Under the pieces are notes generated by a model. The model was not told the origin of the DNA and did no database searches. It saw only the letters and a program-made list of their open reading frames with translations. Below are positions 1 through 9,461 of a stretch of 64,000 nucleotides of DNA, one piece after another. This DNA comes from an uncultured Verrucomicrobiae bacterium (GTDB lineage: Bacteria; Verrucomicrobiota; Verrucomicrobiia; Chthoniobacterales; JAATET01): positions 288,001-352,000 of the forward strand of contig CAVRCI010000002.1 of NCBI GenBank assembly GCA_963719495.1. The letters run 5' to 3'. How positions within the stretch are numbered: position 1 is the first letter of the stretch; the number at the start of each line of letters is the position of its first letter. The position numbers were made by a program, and so were the translations under genes.

Positions 1-222
1 ATCCGTCAGGGCGCGACGCCACGCCGCGAGCGCGTGACGTTTTTTCGGGAGTTCCAGCGCTTCCGAGTCGGCGATGTCGTCGACGATGCGGCAGAAGCGG
101 TAGAAGATGAGCGCGTCTTCGCGGCGGTCGGCGGGAAGGAACGCCAGCGCGAAGGCAAGGTTCGAGTTGCTCTGACCCTCGGCGAGTCCGGCGGCGATGG
201 GGGCGGGGACGAGGTCCGTCAC
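1..222 (-). CDS. squalene/phytoene synthase family protein (HpnD/CrtB-like), N-terminal part; continues beyond the window start
   Basis: Not in the ORF track. Manual translation from GTG 222 gives MTDLVPAP...SNLAFALAFLPADRREDALIFYRFCRIVDDIAD, the head-to-head prenyl synthase motif (Y-x-F-C-R-x-x-DDxxD). The start overlaps the upstream stop as GTGA. Confidence 0.85.
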   Translation of the reverse strand, partial: MTDLVPAPIAAGLAEGQSNSNLAFALAFLPADRREDALIFYRFCRIVDDIADSEALELPKKRHALAAWRRALTD

Positions 223-1424
223 GACGGAAGTGGATCGTCATCCGCGAAGGCGCGGACGCCCGGGCGGATGGGGGATTTGTAAAGACAGGCCCACGAGACC
301 ACGAGCCAGCCGGCGAGGACGCCTTGGGCGACGGCGAGGATGCAGCGACCGGTGAGGGTGGCGATCACATCGTAGCCGAAGGTCGCTGAAAGCAGGGAAG
401 AGCCGATGGCCAGGATTAGGTTCGCAACGGCCGCGAATGCGAAAAAGAGCAGGAGCGGGAGGAAATGCCGTCGGACTTGTCGGAACGAGTGGCCGCAAGC
501 CTGGGGGAGGCTGAGATTATGAAAGACGAGGCTGATGGGAATGAGGGCTGTCGCGATGAGGATCGCGGCGAAAATGGGTTGGGTCCAGTCGTCCAGAAAC
601 GTGTGGATCGCCGCGGCGACGGATGGCGGCAGGTTGGCCGTCGAAGCGATCCAGCGCGGGAGGAGGATCAGCAGAATGGCCAGCAGAAGGTAGATGAGCG
701 CCCACTTCGAAACGCGTCCGAGTCGGCGGCTCGTGAGGTGAATCAGATCGTGATGATCGAGGTGGGAGCCGCGGAGCCAGAGGTGGGCGATGAGCAGGAA
801 GTAGGTGAGGAGAAAAAATCCGAGCAGCAGTTCGAACGCAACGGCGGAGAAATTCACGGCCGCTCCTCCGACCACCACCCAATTCTGCGGGAAGACGTCG
901 GTGAGTTCGGGCAAAAGGAGGAAGACAAACGGTTTGGCGGCGGCCGAGATCGCCGACAAGGCGAGTCCGAGGAAAAGCCAGCCGCCGAGTCGCGGGAGCC
1001 TCCGGAGCAAAGATCGACGCAGCGCACCGAAGACGCCGTCGACGTTGAAAAGGAACCGCAGCGCGAAGAAGGCGGAGATGGGAAACGTCAGCGTGAAGGT
1101 GTGAAAGGTCGAACCGAGCGTATCGAGGGCCATTCGCCACGACCTGGCGACGAGGTCGAGGGCGGGCGGCAGTCGATCGACCGTGAATTCGTTCAGCCAT
1201 CCGGTGAGACTCTCGCCGGAGCGGAGGAAGAGGAGGATGACGGCGGCGGCGTTGAACAGGCCGTAGGCGAGCCCGAAGAAGGCGGGGATGCGCCAGGCGT
1301 CGGGGTGGCGGTGGAGGCAGGCGGCGCCGTTGACGAGCGAGCGGCGGACGGTCGGGTGCGACGCGCCGGTGAGGACGGCGACGAATGCCAACGCGACGAG
1401 CAGGATCGTGAGGTCGCGGGGCAT
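219..1424 (-). CDS. polytopic membrane protein, unknown function
   Basis: 401-aa ORF with many hydrophobic segments; stop coupled to the next gene; TATCCT -10-like box 8 nt upstream of the ATG. Confidence 0.75.
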   Translation of the reverse strand: MPRDLTILLVALAFVAVLTGASHPTVRRSLVNGAACLHRHPDAWRIPAFFGLAYGLFNAAAVILLFLRSGESLTGWLNEFTVDRLPPALDLVARSWRMALDTLGSTFHTFTLTFPISAFFALRFLFNVDGVFGALRRSLLRRLPRLGGWLFLGLALSAISAAAKPFVFLLLPELTDVFPQNWVVVGGAAVNFSAVAFELLLGFFLLTYFLLIAHLWLRGSHLDHHDLIHLTSRRLGRVSKWALIYLLLAILLILLPRWIASTANLPPSVAAAIHTFLDDWTQPIFAAILIATALIPISLVFHNLSLPQACGHSFRQVRRHFLPLLLFFAFAAVANLILAIGSSLLSATFGYDVIATLTGRCILAVAQGVLAGWLVVSWACLYKSPIRPGVRAFADDDPLPS

Positions 1425-1551
1425 CGCGGCGGAGGATAAGGCGTTGTTCGAATTTCGGAAGTTTCAAAAAGCCGGAGACGCCGCGTTTCGCCCAGCCTGC
1501 CGGGGTTTTGGAAGATGGCGGGTGCCGCCCGTTTCCGATATGGCTTTGGGA

Positions 1552-2121
1552 ATGACGGCGGCGACTTTGATAACGGTGGTGCGGATTCTGCTCATCCCGG
1601 TCTTCGTGCTGTTCGCCGTCTACTACGGGCGGAGCGTGGAGATCGGCGCGCCGGTGGAGGCTTGGCGCTGGGCGGCGATCGCGGCTTTTTTGACGGCAGC
1701 GGTCAGTGACGCGTTCGACGGGTGGGTGGCGCGGCGATTCGATCAGAAGAGCCAACTCGGCGCGGTGCTCGATCCCTTGGCCGACAAGGGGCTGCTACTC
1801 TCGGCGATCATCACGCTGAGCGTGAGTCCGTGGAACTACGCGCTGCCGCTGTGGTTCCCGGTTCTGGTGATCGCGCGGGACGTAGTGATCCTGACCGGCT
1901 GCGTGGTCGTGCGCCTGGTCACGGACCACCTCGAAGTGAAGCCGAGCTGGACCGGGAAGGCGGCCACGGCCCTGCAAATGGTCGCCGTCGCCTGGGTGAT
2001 GCTGCAGATTCCTCACAATGAAGGTGCGGTCTGGGCGGCGGGCGTGTTTACCTTGGCGAGCGGTGCCGTCTACGTGATCCAGGGGATCCGTCAATTTTCG
2101 CACCACGAAGCCACGCCATGA
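1552..2121 (+). CDS. pgsA: CDP-alcohol phosphatidyltransferase (PGP synthase-like)
   Basis: Motif SDAFDGWVARRFDQKSQLGAVLDPLADK; N-terminus T-x-x-R-I-L-L-I-P-V-F. Start ATG 1552 (1540 is an alternative). Confidence 0.85.
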   Translation: MTAATLITVVRILLIPVFVLFAVYYGRSVEIGAPVEAWRWAAIAAFLTAAVSDAFDGWVARRFDQKSQLGAVLDPLADKGLLLSAIITLSVSPWNYALPLWFPVLVIARDVVILTGCVVVRLVTDHLEVKPSWTGKAATALQMVAVAWVMLQIPHNEGAVWAAGVFTLASGAVYVIQGIRQFSHHEATP

Positions 2122-3530
2122 AAACCATCGCCATCGTCGGACGTCCCAACGTCGGGAAATCCGCTCTCTTCAACCGCCTCGCCGGGCGCAACATCTCGAT
2201 CGTTCACGATCAGCCCGGGGTCACCCGCGACCGCATCCATTCGGTCTGCCGGCTGGCGAGCGAGCCGTTCGAAATCGTCGACACGGGCGGCATCGGGGCC
2301 GAGCCCGATCCGGACTTCGCCGAGGAGACGCACTTCGCGGCGGACGTCGCGATCGAGACCGCGGATCTGCTCCTGCTCGTGGTCGATGGTCAACTGGGGA
2401 TCACGCCGCTGGACGCCGAGATTGCGGAGAAGGTGCGCCGTTCGGCCAAGTCGACCGTTTTGGTGGTCAACAAAATCGACACCGACAAGCACAACATGAT
2501 GCTGGGCGAATTCTCGAAGATGGGGTTCGAATTCATCGAAGGCGTGAGCGCCGCGCACGGACGCGGGATCGGGGCGCTGGTCGACCGCGTCGAGGAACGG
2601 GTCGATCTGTCCAGCACCGACGAAGCCCTCGAAGCGGAGGAATTCCCACCCAAGATCGCGATCATCGGTCGGCCGAACGTCGGGAAATCGTCGTTGGTCA
2701 ACGCCCTCCTCAACGACAAACGCACGATCGTGAGCGAGATCGCCGGAACCACGCGGGACGCCATCGACATTCCCTACGAATTCGACGGGCGCAAATTCGT
2801 GCTCGTCGACACGGCCGGCATCCGGCACCGCTCGAAGCACAACACGTCCGTCGAAGTCTTCAGCGTGATGCGATCCGAGAACGCGATCAACCGCGCCGAC
2901 CTCAACATCATCGTGATCGACGCGACGATGGGGGTGACCACGCAGGACAAGAAGATCGCGGGGTTGACGCAGGACGCGAAGAAGGCGGCCATCATCGTGC
3001 TCAACAAGTGGGATCTCGTGCGGCCGCCGGAGAAGGTCGACGAGCGGGAATACCTCAAGGAGAAGCTCGACCGGATCCGGGCGGAGCTGTTTTTCCTGAC
3101 CTACGCCCCGATCGTGGTGATCTCGGCGAAGGATCGCGAAAATTTGCCGCGGTTATTCAACATGATCGAGAAGGTGCGGCAGCACGCGCAGCGCAAGATA
3201 GGGACGGGCGAGCTGAACCGCATTCTCGCCCTGGCCGTCGAGCGCCAGCCGCCGCCGATCCGGAGCGGTCGACGGTTCAAGATTCTCTACGCGACGCAGG
3301 TCAACAAGCCGGATGCGCGGCCCTACGGGCGGGTGGAGTTTTTGCTCTTCGTGAACGATCCGCGGAAATTGTCGGATCAATACGAGAACTACCTGTCGGC
3401 GCGGATCCGCGAAGAGCGCGAGTATCCCGGGCTGCCGATGGCGTTCAAACTGAAGGGGCGGAAGCCGCGGGATCGGACGCTGCCGGGGGCCGGTGGCGGG
3501 ACCCGGAAGAAGAAGGCTGCCGGGGAGTGA
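2118..3530 (+). CDS. der: ribosome biogenesis GTPase Der (EngA)
   Basis: Two tandem G domains (GRPNVGKS x2, DTGG/DTAG, NKID/NKWD) followed by a C-terminal KH-like region. Confidence 0.97.
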   Translation: MKTIAIVGRPNVGKSALFNRLAGRNISIVHDQPGVTRDRIHSVCRLASEPFEIVDTGGIGAEPDPDFAEETHFAADVAIETADLLLLVVDGQLGITPLDAEIAEKVRRSAKSTVLVVNKIDTDKHNMMLGEFSKMGFEFIEGVSAAHGRGIGALVDRVEERVDLSSTDEALEAEEFPPKIAIIGRPNVGKSSLVNALLNDKRTIVSEIAGTTRDAIDIPYEFDGRKFVLVDTAGIRHRSKHNTSVEVFSVMRSENAINRADLNIIVIDATMGVTTQDKKIAGLTQDAKKAAIIVLNKWDLVRPPEKVDEREYLKEKLDRIRAELFFLTYAPIVVISAKDRENLPRLFNMIEKVRQHAQRKIGTGELNRILALAVERQPPPIRSGRRFKILYATQVNKPDARPYGRVEFLLFVNDPRKLSDQYENYLSARIREEREYPGLPMAFKLKGRKPRDRTLPGAGGGTRKKKAAGE

Positions 3531-3592
3531 GCGGGGTGGGGGCTGGCTTGCGTTGCGTTGCTTGGGCTGCGAGGTGAGTGGAGCCCTGAGAA

Positions 3593-3625
3593 GCCAGAGA
3601 TGCTTCGCTTCGCTCAGCATGACAG
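3593..3625. repeat. REP-like family A half-site (GCCAGAGATGCTTCGCTTCGCTCAGCATGACAG)
   Basis: The same motif or its reverse complement recurs at 15234, 15708, 20325, 31832, 33731, 37790 and 63016-63121. Confidence 0.85.
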
Positions 3626-3703
3626 GTTTGGTTTGATCGATGGGGCCCCGTTGGGGCATTCCGCCGATTGACTTTCGGCGGCACCAGCCCCTATTTTCCC
3701 GCC

Positions 3704-3853
3704 ATGTCCGAGACGCCTGATTCCGAAGATTTGTTGATTCGCCGTTTGTTGCTGGGGGGAGCGATTTTCGTGGTTGGCGGGGCGCTGACGACGGCGGTGG
3801 TGATCGCGGCGTGCGTCTCCGCGGGGTTCAACGTTCTGAACTGGATGGAGTGA
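3704..3853 (+). CDS. small single-pass membrane protein
   Basis: 49 aa with one hydrophobic helix; TTGACT-18-TATTTT promoter-like sequence at 3668-3697. Confidence 0.5.
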   Translation: MSETPDSEDLLIRRLLLGGAIFVVGGALTTAVVIAACVSAGFNVLNWME

Positions 3854-4727
3854 CGGGCGCTTCGGGTGCCCGGGCCGTGGTCGCGCAGAGGCAGCCGCCG
3901 ATGATGATGATCTGCCCCGAAACGTAGATCCAGAGGAGGAGCAGCATCAGGCTGCTGATCGACCCGTAGATCTCCGAGTAGTTCATGAACTTCGGGAGCA
4001 GGTTGACGAACGCGACCTGCACGACCTGGAGAAGAATGGCGACCAGTAGCGCCGGCAACCAGACCTGCGAGAAGGTCACCTTCAGGCGGCGACGGGGTGC
4101 GAGCCGGTAGAGCATCGCGAAGGCGTAGAAGAGAACGATGGCGCTCACGAGGTAGCGGGACCAATCGAGGACGGCGAAGATGGCCGCGAGATCGACGCCC
4201 GGGACGGTCACCGCGAGGACTTGCTCGAGGGTCTCCGCGACTTGGCGGACGACCTGGATGATCGCCGGAATGACGATGCCCAGAACGAGCGAGGAGCCGA
4301 TGACGGCGATCATGACGATACTCTTGAGCGGGACCTGCCACCAAGGGATCGGTTCCATTCGCCACGCCTCGTTGACGGCGCGGACGAGCGCCTGGAAAAA
4401 CCGAAGAGCCGTCCAGGTGAGAATGCTGATGGACACGAGGCTGACTTTGCCGCGGACGCGTTCGAGATTATCGACCGAGTTGAAGATCAGATTCCGCTGA
4501 GCTTCGGTGACCGGCGCGAAATTCTCGATTGCGGCCTGGATGTCGCCCGAGTCGAAGAAAAACGACCCGAGCGAGAGCACGAGAGCCGCCAACGGGACAA
4601 TCGAAAAGAGGGCGTAGTAGGCGAACGCCGCCGCGCGCTGTTCGCCGTTGATCTCGCCGTAGAGGATGACCGCCCGGACGAGATTCGCCGGCGGGCGGGG
4701 AAGTCGCTCGACGAAATTGGCGAACAT
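3828..4727 (-). CDS. YihY/virulence factor BrkB family membrane protein
   Basis: Motifs AAAFAYYALFSIVP, ALVRAVNEAW and YSEIYGSISSLMLLLLWIYVSGQIIIIG. Confidence 0.92.
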   Translation of the reverse strand: MFANFVERLPRPPANLVRAVILYGEINGEQRAAAFAYYALFSIVPLAALVLSLGSFFFDSGDIQAAIENFAPVTEAQRNLIFNSVDNLERVRGKVSLVSISILTWTALRFFQALVRAVNEAWRMEPIPWWQVPLKSIVMIAVIGSSLVLGIVIPAIIQVVRQVAETLEQVLAVTVPGVDLAAIFAVLDWSRYLVSAIVLFYAFAMLYRLAPRRRLKVTFSQVWLPALLVAILLQVVQVAFVNLLPKFMNYSEIYGSISSLMLLLLWIYVSGQIIIIGGCLCATTARAPEAPVTPSSSER

Positions 4728-4754
4728 TCGGGGGGAATCCTACGGCTCCGTCGG

Positions 4755-5570
4755 CTAGGGCCGGACGGCGAGCGGATCGGCGGCCCCGAGGTTGGCGACG
4801 AGTCCGGGTAGCTCGGCGAGGGTCAAGATTTGCGCCGTCGGCGTGACGTCGGCGGTCTCCTCCGAGCCGGGGACTTTGATCCAAATGCTGCGCAGGCCGG
4901 CGTTGGTCGCTCCGGCGATGTCGCGTTCGAGGCTGTTGCCGACCATGACCGCCTCGGCGGGCGGGACGTCGAGTTCGGCGAGGAGGCGGTGGAAAATCTC
5001 CGGTTCGGGTTTGCCGACGTTGTGTTCGCCCGAGATCGCGATGGCGTCGAAGAATCCGCCGAGTCCGCTCGCGGCGATCTTTTCGCGTTGCAGATCCGGC
5101 GCGCCGTTCGTGAGGAGGCCGACCCGGTATTTCGGCGACAGCCGGACGAGCACTTCCATCGCGTCGGGCATCAGGCGGGCGAGGCGGCGGCGGGTTTTTT
5201 CGTAGGAGAGCGCGAGCTGCTCGGCGACGTCCGGACCGTCGAGCTCCTGGTCGCGGAGGGCCGCGTCGAAGACGTTGGTGCGAAATTCCTTCGCCCACGC
5301 ACGCAGGGCCCGAAAGTCGTCGGTGTCGGCGGTGAATTCCCCCCAGAGGCATTCGAAGGGAGAAATCCCGATGCGTTGGCAGAAAGGCCGCACCGCCGCG
5401 GCATTGGCCAGGCGGGGCGCGTGGGCGAGGACGGAGCGGGTGAATTCGGCTTCGTTCGCGCCGAGTTGGGCGAACGCTTTTGCGGCCGTGGCGGCAATGG
5501 CTTCCTTCGACACGGCGGCGTCGACAATGAGCGTGTCGTCGAGATCGAAGAGGACGGCGCGGATGGGCAT
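4755..5570 (-). CDS. HAD-superfamily hydrolase
   Basis: Motif I FDLDDTL at ATG 5570; LTNG; GKPEPEIF; MVGNSLERDIAGA. Confidence 0.92.
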   Translation of the reverse strand: MPIRAVLFDLDDTLIVDAAVSKEAIAATAAKAFAQLGANEAEFTRSVLAHAPRLANAAAVRPFCQRIGISPFECLWGEFTADTDDFRALRAWAKEFRTNVFDAALRDQELDGPDVAEQLALSYEKTRRRLARLMPDAMEVLVRLSPKYRVGLLTNGAPDLQREKIAASGLGGFFDAIAISGEHNVGKPEPEIFHRLLAELDVPPAEAVMVGNSLERDIAGATNAGLRSIWIKVPGSEETADVTPTAQILTLAELPGLVANLGAADPLAVRP

Positions 5571-5663
5571 GCGTTTTGTCAACCAGACCATCGGGGATCT
5601 GCCTAGGGAAAACGTCGAAATTTCCGGATTGCGCGCCATCGGGAGAGGGCGCATCGTCCCGGC

Positions 5664-6260
5664 ATGGTTGCACTCGGTATTCTCATCGGACTCGTCGTGC
5701 TGGCGGCCCTCATCGGGCTGTTCTTCGTCGGCCAATACAACGCGCTGGTCGGCCTGCGCAATCGTTTCAAGAACGCGTTCGCCCAGATCGACGTTCAGCT
5801 CAAGCGGCGCAACGACCTGATTCCCAATCTCGTCGAGACCGCGAAGGGCTACCTGTCGCACGAGCGGGAGACCCTCGAGGCGGTGACCGCCGCGCGGACC
5901 ACGGCGATGAGCGCCGGGTCGAAAGCGGCGGCCGATCCCGGCGATCCCGCCGCGATGCGCGAGTTGGCGGCGGCGGAGAGCGGCCTCAGCGGAGCGCTCG
6001 GGCGCCTGATGATGGTCTCCGAGGCCTACCCCGATCTGAAGGCGAACCAAAACATGATGGCGTTGCAGGAGGAACTCACCTCGACCGAGAACAAAGTGTC
6101 CTTCGCGCGGCAGTCCTACAACGACTCCGTGATGACCTACAACACGAAGCGCGAGGTGTTTCCCACGAACATCGTGGCGGGGATGTTCAACTTCGCGGCG
6201 GCGGAACTTTTCAAAATCGAGGACCCGCGGGAGCGCGAAGTTCCCAAGGTCTCGTTCTGA
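5664..6260 (+). CDS. lemA: LemA family protein
   Basis: Motifs QIDVQLKRRNDLIPNLVETAKGY, EAYPDLKANQN and ENKVSFARQSYN. Confidence 0.95.
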   Translation: MVALGILIGLVVLAALIGLFFVGQYNALVGLRNRFKNAFAQIDVQLKRRNDLIPNLVETAKGYLSHERETLEAVTAARTTAMSAGSKAAADPGDPAAMRELAAAESGLSGALGRLMMVSEAYPDLKANQNMMALQEELTSTENKVSFARQSYNDSVMTYNTKREVFPTNIVAGMFNFAAAELFKIEDPREREVPKVSF

Positions 6261-6274
6261 CCGCGCCCGACCCG

Positions 6275-6634
6275 ATGAAGATCTGGCGGTGGGTGGCGGC
6301 GGGCGGGCTGGCGTGCGTTTCGGCGGCTTTCGCCGGGGAGCAAATGAGCGGCGTGGCCGCGGTGATCGTCATGCGGGACGAGGCTCTCGTGATCCGGAGC
6401 GTGCTGCCGGACGGCCCGGCCGAGGAGGCCGGCCTGCTGGCGGAAGACGTGATCCTGGAGATCGACGGCGAGCCCGTCGACGGCGCTTCGCTCGAGCAAT
6501 CGGCCGAGCGGCTGCGTGGCCAGCCCTTTTCGACGGTCGAGCTGAGGGTGCGGCGGGATGGCGGCACGGTGCCCGTCGTGTATCGGGTGATGCGAAAATC
6601 GTTCGAAGTGCCGGATTCCATTCCGCCCAATTAG
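6275..6634 (+). CDS. exported stand-alone PDZ-domain protein
   Basis: Signal-like N-terminus, then VLPDGPAEEAGLLAEDVILEIDG...LRG.P.STVELRV, a CtpA-type PDZ. Confidence 0.8.
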   Translation: MKIWRWVAAGGLACVSAAFAGEQMSGVAAVIVMRDEALVIRSVLPDGPAEEAGLLAEDVILEIDGEPVDGASLEQSAERLRGQPFSTVELRVRRDGGTVPVVYRVMRKSFEVPDSIPPN

Positions 6635-7176
6635 CGGCGGATTCGGCCGTGCAGGGCGAAGAGCCCGATGGCGACGGGCGGAAGCGCCAGGAAGGGCCAG
6701 AAGGTCCCGAGCGGCGAAGCGGGGTCGAAGGCTCGCAGTTGAATGGGGATCGTGGCGGAGCCCGAGGCGGTCGTGACCGACGTCATCAGCTCGTAATGGC
6801 CCGCCGTCGGAAGAATGATCGTCGCGGCCTGCAGAAGCTTGTTCTGCGCGGCGTCGTGGCTCGCGGGGATGATGCCGCGAACGGCGGACGGAAACCGGCA
6901 ACAGGGCGAAACCCACGCCTTGGCGGGAATCCGGGAATCGCTCGAGGATTTGACGAGCCGGAATCCGATGTCGGCGTTGCCGATCGGTTCGTCGGTGCGC
7001 GCATCCTGAACGAGCACGCTGAAGTCGACCGGACCGGCTCGCAGCACGGCTGGATCCGCGAAGACGGTCAGCCGCACGGTACCCACAACCTCGTTCGCGA
7101 CGACGGCCCCGCCATCGGCCCGGATCGCGATCATCGTCGCCGCGAGGGCGGCCAGGGCACAAACCAGAGTCTTCAT
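6631..7176 (-). CDS. exported protein with C-terminal membrane anchor (possibly FixH/YtkA-like Ig fold)
   Basis: ATG 7176 overlaps the upstream stop (ATGA); signal peptide MKTLVCALAALAA; beta-rich core with a CC pair; hydrophobic C-terminus. Confidence 0.65.
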   Translation of the reverse strand: MKTLVCALAALAATMIAIRADGGAVVANEVVGTVRLTVFADPAVLRAGPVDFSVLVQDARTDEPIGNADIGFRLVKSSSDSRIPAKAWVSPCCRFPSAVRGIIPASHDAAQNKLLQAATIILPTAGHYELMTSVTTASGSATIPIQLRAFDPASPLGTFWPFLALPPVAIGLFALHGRIRR

Positions 7177-9359
7177 CCGGGAGAGATCATCCCGCGCATC
7201 TGCATCGGTTGAAAGACAATCCAGACCCCGGCGAGGAAGAGCAGCGTGGCCACGCCTGCCCAAGGCATCCAGGCACGTGGGCGGCGGTCGATTCGATAGA
7301 TCACCAACAGCGTGAGGAGGAAGCCCGCGTCGAGAAAGAGAAGCTCGAGACCGAGCAATCCCTCCCACGAGAGGACGGCGGGAACGGAGGCCGGGAGGCC
7401 GAAGAGGCGTTCGACGATGGGAACGAAGCTGAAGAGCCCGGTGATGAAGTGAAACGAGAAATGGGCCAGCCACATCCCGAAGCCGAGCGGGGCGAGGGCA
7501 ATCGCGTGGCGGGGGATCGAGGGGATCGCGAAGGACTCGGTGCGGTCCCGCCCGACGGGTGCGACCGCGGCCAGCAACGTTGCGGGAAGGAGAAGCACGG
7601 TGGCGCCGAGAAAGACGGTCGTGAAAGCGACGTGCCCGAGTCCGGTCCGGGCCGCCAGCGCTTGCACGGGCGCCGTCATGGCGGCGGCGTTCGCGAAGGC
7701 TCCGAACGTGAGCAGGAGAACGAGGGCGGCAAGATCCGGACGGTTTTCGTAGCGGCCAACCGAGGAACGGGGCAGATCGCGGATCAGGTCCTCGCCGGGC
7801 ACCGCCGGCTGGAGGGCGACGTTGTCGTGGGGACACGCGCTCACGCAATCCAGACAGAAGGTGCAGTCGAGGTTGCCCGCCTTGCGCGGCTGGAAGAGAT
7901 CGAGTTCGCATCCGCGGTGCCCGGCGTTGCCCTTGATGCAGTCGAAGGTCCGGCAGGATTGGCAGATGGTTGCGTCCCGGATTCGAACCTCGCTCGGTGA
8001 GGCGAGGGATTGCACGAAATGGAATTGGCCGATCGGACAGACGTGTTTGCAGAAACTGCCGTTGCGAAAGATGCCGTCGATGGCGGTCGCCGCGCCGAAG
8101 TAACCCAGCACGATCACCGCCGTCCACCACGGGTCGTCCCACAGCGCGAAGGCTTCGTAGCTCCAGAGAAAGACCGCAATCAGCCCGACGGGCAACCATT
8201 TGCCCGGCAGCGGCCAGCGGATGGACGGCACGGGGATGCGCAGCGTGGTCTGGATGCGTTGAACGATGTCGCGGACGAACGTGAACGGGCAGGCGTAGCA
8301 AAAAAAATTTCCGAGCAGGAGAAGCGCGATCACCGTGAGGCCGCGCCAGTGGGTCCACGGGAGGACGCCCGCGGCGTTGAGCGCGGAGACCCGCGGGCCG
8401 GTGAGACCGTCGGCGACGATGACGGCCGCGAGGGCGAGGAGGAGGAATTGGAGCGGGCGGCGGGCGTGGAGGAGGAAATGGGTGGCGGGTGACGCGTGGC
8501 GGGTGACGATTGGGTGAGGTCTCGGTGATTGTACCGCGGGGGCGCGGCTTTTTCGCGGGTTGAGGTATTGGATGGCGATGATGGCGGCTGGCACGATGAA
8601 GGCGATGGAACCCGGGACCCACATGATCGCTCCCGCCGCCGCCTGATCGTCGAGGGCGCTGAGGCCCGAGATGCGGGGGGCGGTGGCGTAGGTCGGGTAG
8701 AGAACCTTCCCGTAGAACGAGATGAACGCCGCCAGGGCGGTATTCTGGAGATCGGCGAGGAGGAGGTAGGGGATCATCGCCCAGCGCGGCCAGACCGGGC
8801 GGCTGGGCCAGGGCTGCACGACCGGCCACCAGAAGAGGAGAGCGGTGACGAGGAACGTGACGTGTTCGATCTGGTGCCATGCGCCGTTGCGGAGGGCGAG
8901 ATCGTAGAGCGGCGGGAGGTGCCATCCGACGTTGGAAACGATGAAGACCGTCCACGCGAAGAGCGGGTGAACGAGCATCTCGCCGAGCCGCTCGAGCGGT
9001 GGCCAGACGAGAAACGGACCCAGCGCGTCGACGCGGACGACCCGCGGAAGCCCGCGCAGCAACGGAAGGAATGGGTTGCCCAGCAGGAGCAGCGGCGGCG
9101 CGACCATGGTGAGCAAAAGGTGCTGCACCATGTGGATGCTGAGAAGAAACCCGGCAAACGCGTCGAGCGGGGAGCAGATCGCGACAAAAATGGTGCCGAG
9201 CCCCCCGAGAAACGAGGCGAGCCGCCCGGGCGTGAACCGGGCCGGGGCCAGCCGACGGAGTCGCCGCCATCCGCGCAGGTAAAGGACCGCCGAGAGCAAC
9301 AGCCCGACGACGATGGTCGGAGGAAACGTCCAGGAGACGAGGGCGGCGTCGGCGTTCAT
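7173..9359 (-). CDS. fusion of caa3-type cytochrome c oxidase assembly factor CtaG and a membrane 4Fe-4S polyferredoxin (NapH/CcoG-like)
   Basis: N-half: HMVQHLLL, WHLPPLY, HQIEH, DDQAAAGAIMWVPG. C-half: FFCYACP, FCKHVCPIG, CQSCRTFDC, CTFCLDCVSACP. Confidence 0.85.
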   Translation of the reverse strand: MNADAALVSWTFPPTIVVGLLLSAVLYLRGWRRLRRLAPARFTPGRLASFLGGLGTIFVAICSPLDAFAGFLLSIHMVQHLLLTMVAPPLLLLGNPFLPLLRGLPRVVRVDALGPFLVWPPLERLGEMLVHPLFAWTVFIVSNVGWHLPPLYDLALRNGAWHQIEHVTFLVTALLFWWPVVQPWPSRPVWPRWAMIPYLLLADLQNTALAAFISFYGKVLYPTYATAPRISGLSALDDQAAAGAIMWVPGSIAFIVPAAIIAIQYLNPRKSRAPAVQSPRPHPIVTRHASPATHFLLHARRPLQFLLLALAAVIVADGLTGPRVSALNAAGVLPWTHWRGLTVIALLLLGNFFCYACPFTFVRDIVQRIQTTLRIPVPSIRWPLPGKWLPVGLIAVFLWSYEAFALWDDPWWTAVIVLGYFGAATAIDGIFRNGSFCKHVCPIGQFHFVQSLASPSEVRIRDATICQSCRTFDCIKGNAGHRGCELDLFQPRKAGNLDCTFCLDCVSACPHDNVALQPAVPGEDLIRDLPRSSVGRYENRPDLAALVLLLTFGAFANAAAMTAPVQALAARTGLGHVAFTTVFLGATVLLLPATLLAAVAPVGRDRTESFAIPSIPRHAIALAPLGFGMWLAHFSFHFITGLFSFVPIVERLFGLPASVPAVLSWEGLLGLELLFLDAGFLLTLLVIYRIDRRPRAWMPWAGVATLLFLAGVWIVFQPMQMRGMISPG

Positions 9360-9399
9360 TTCGATTCAATGCGCGGCGGCCGCCGGATCAGGGGGTCCT

Positions 9400-9434
9400 A
9401 AAACAGAAAAACGGCGGAGATTGCTCTCCGCCGT
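9400..9434 (-). terminator. intrinsic terminator
   Basis: ACGGCGGAGA-GCAA-TCTCCGCCGT hairpin followed by TTTTCTGTTTT on the minus strand, 3' of the 9462-9887 gene. Confidence 0.75.
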
Positions 9435-9461
9435 CGTCGAAAATCGAGAAGTCCGTGCCGC

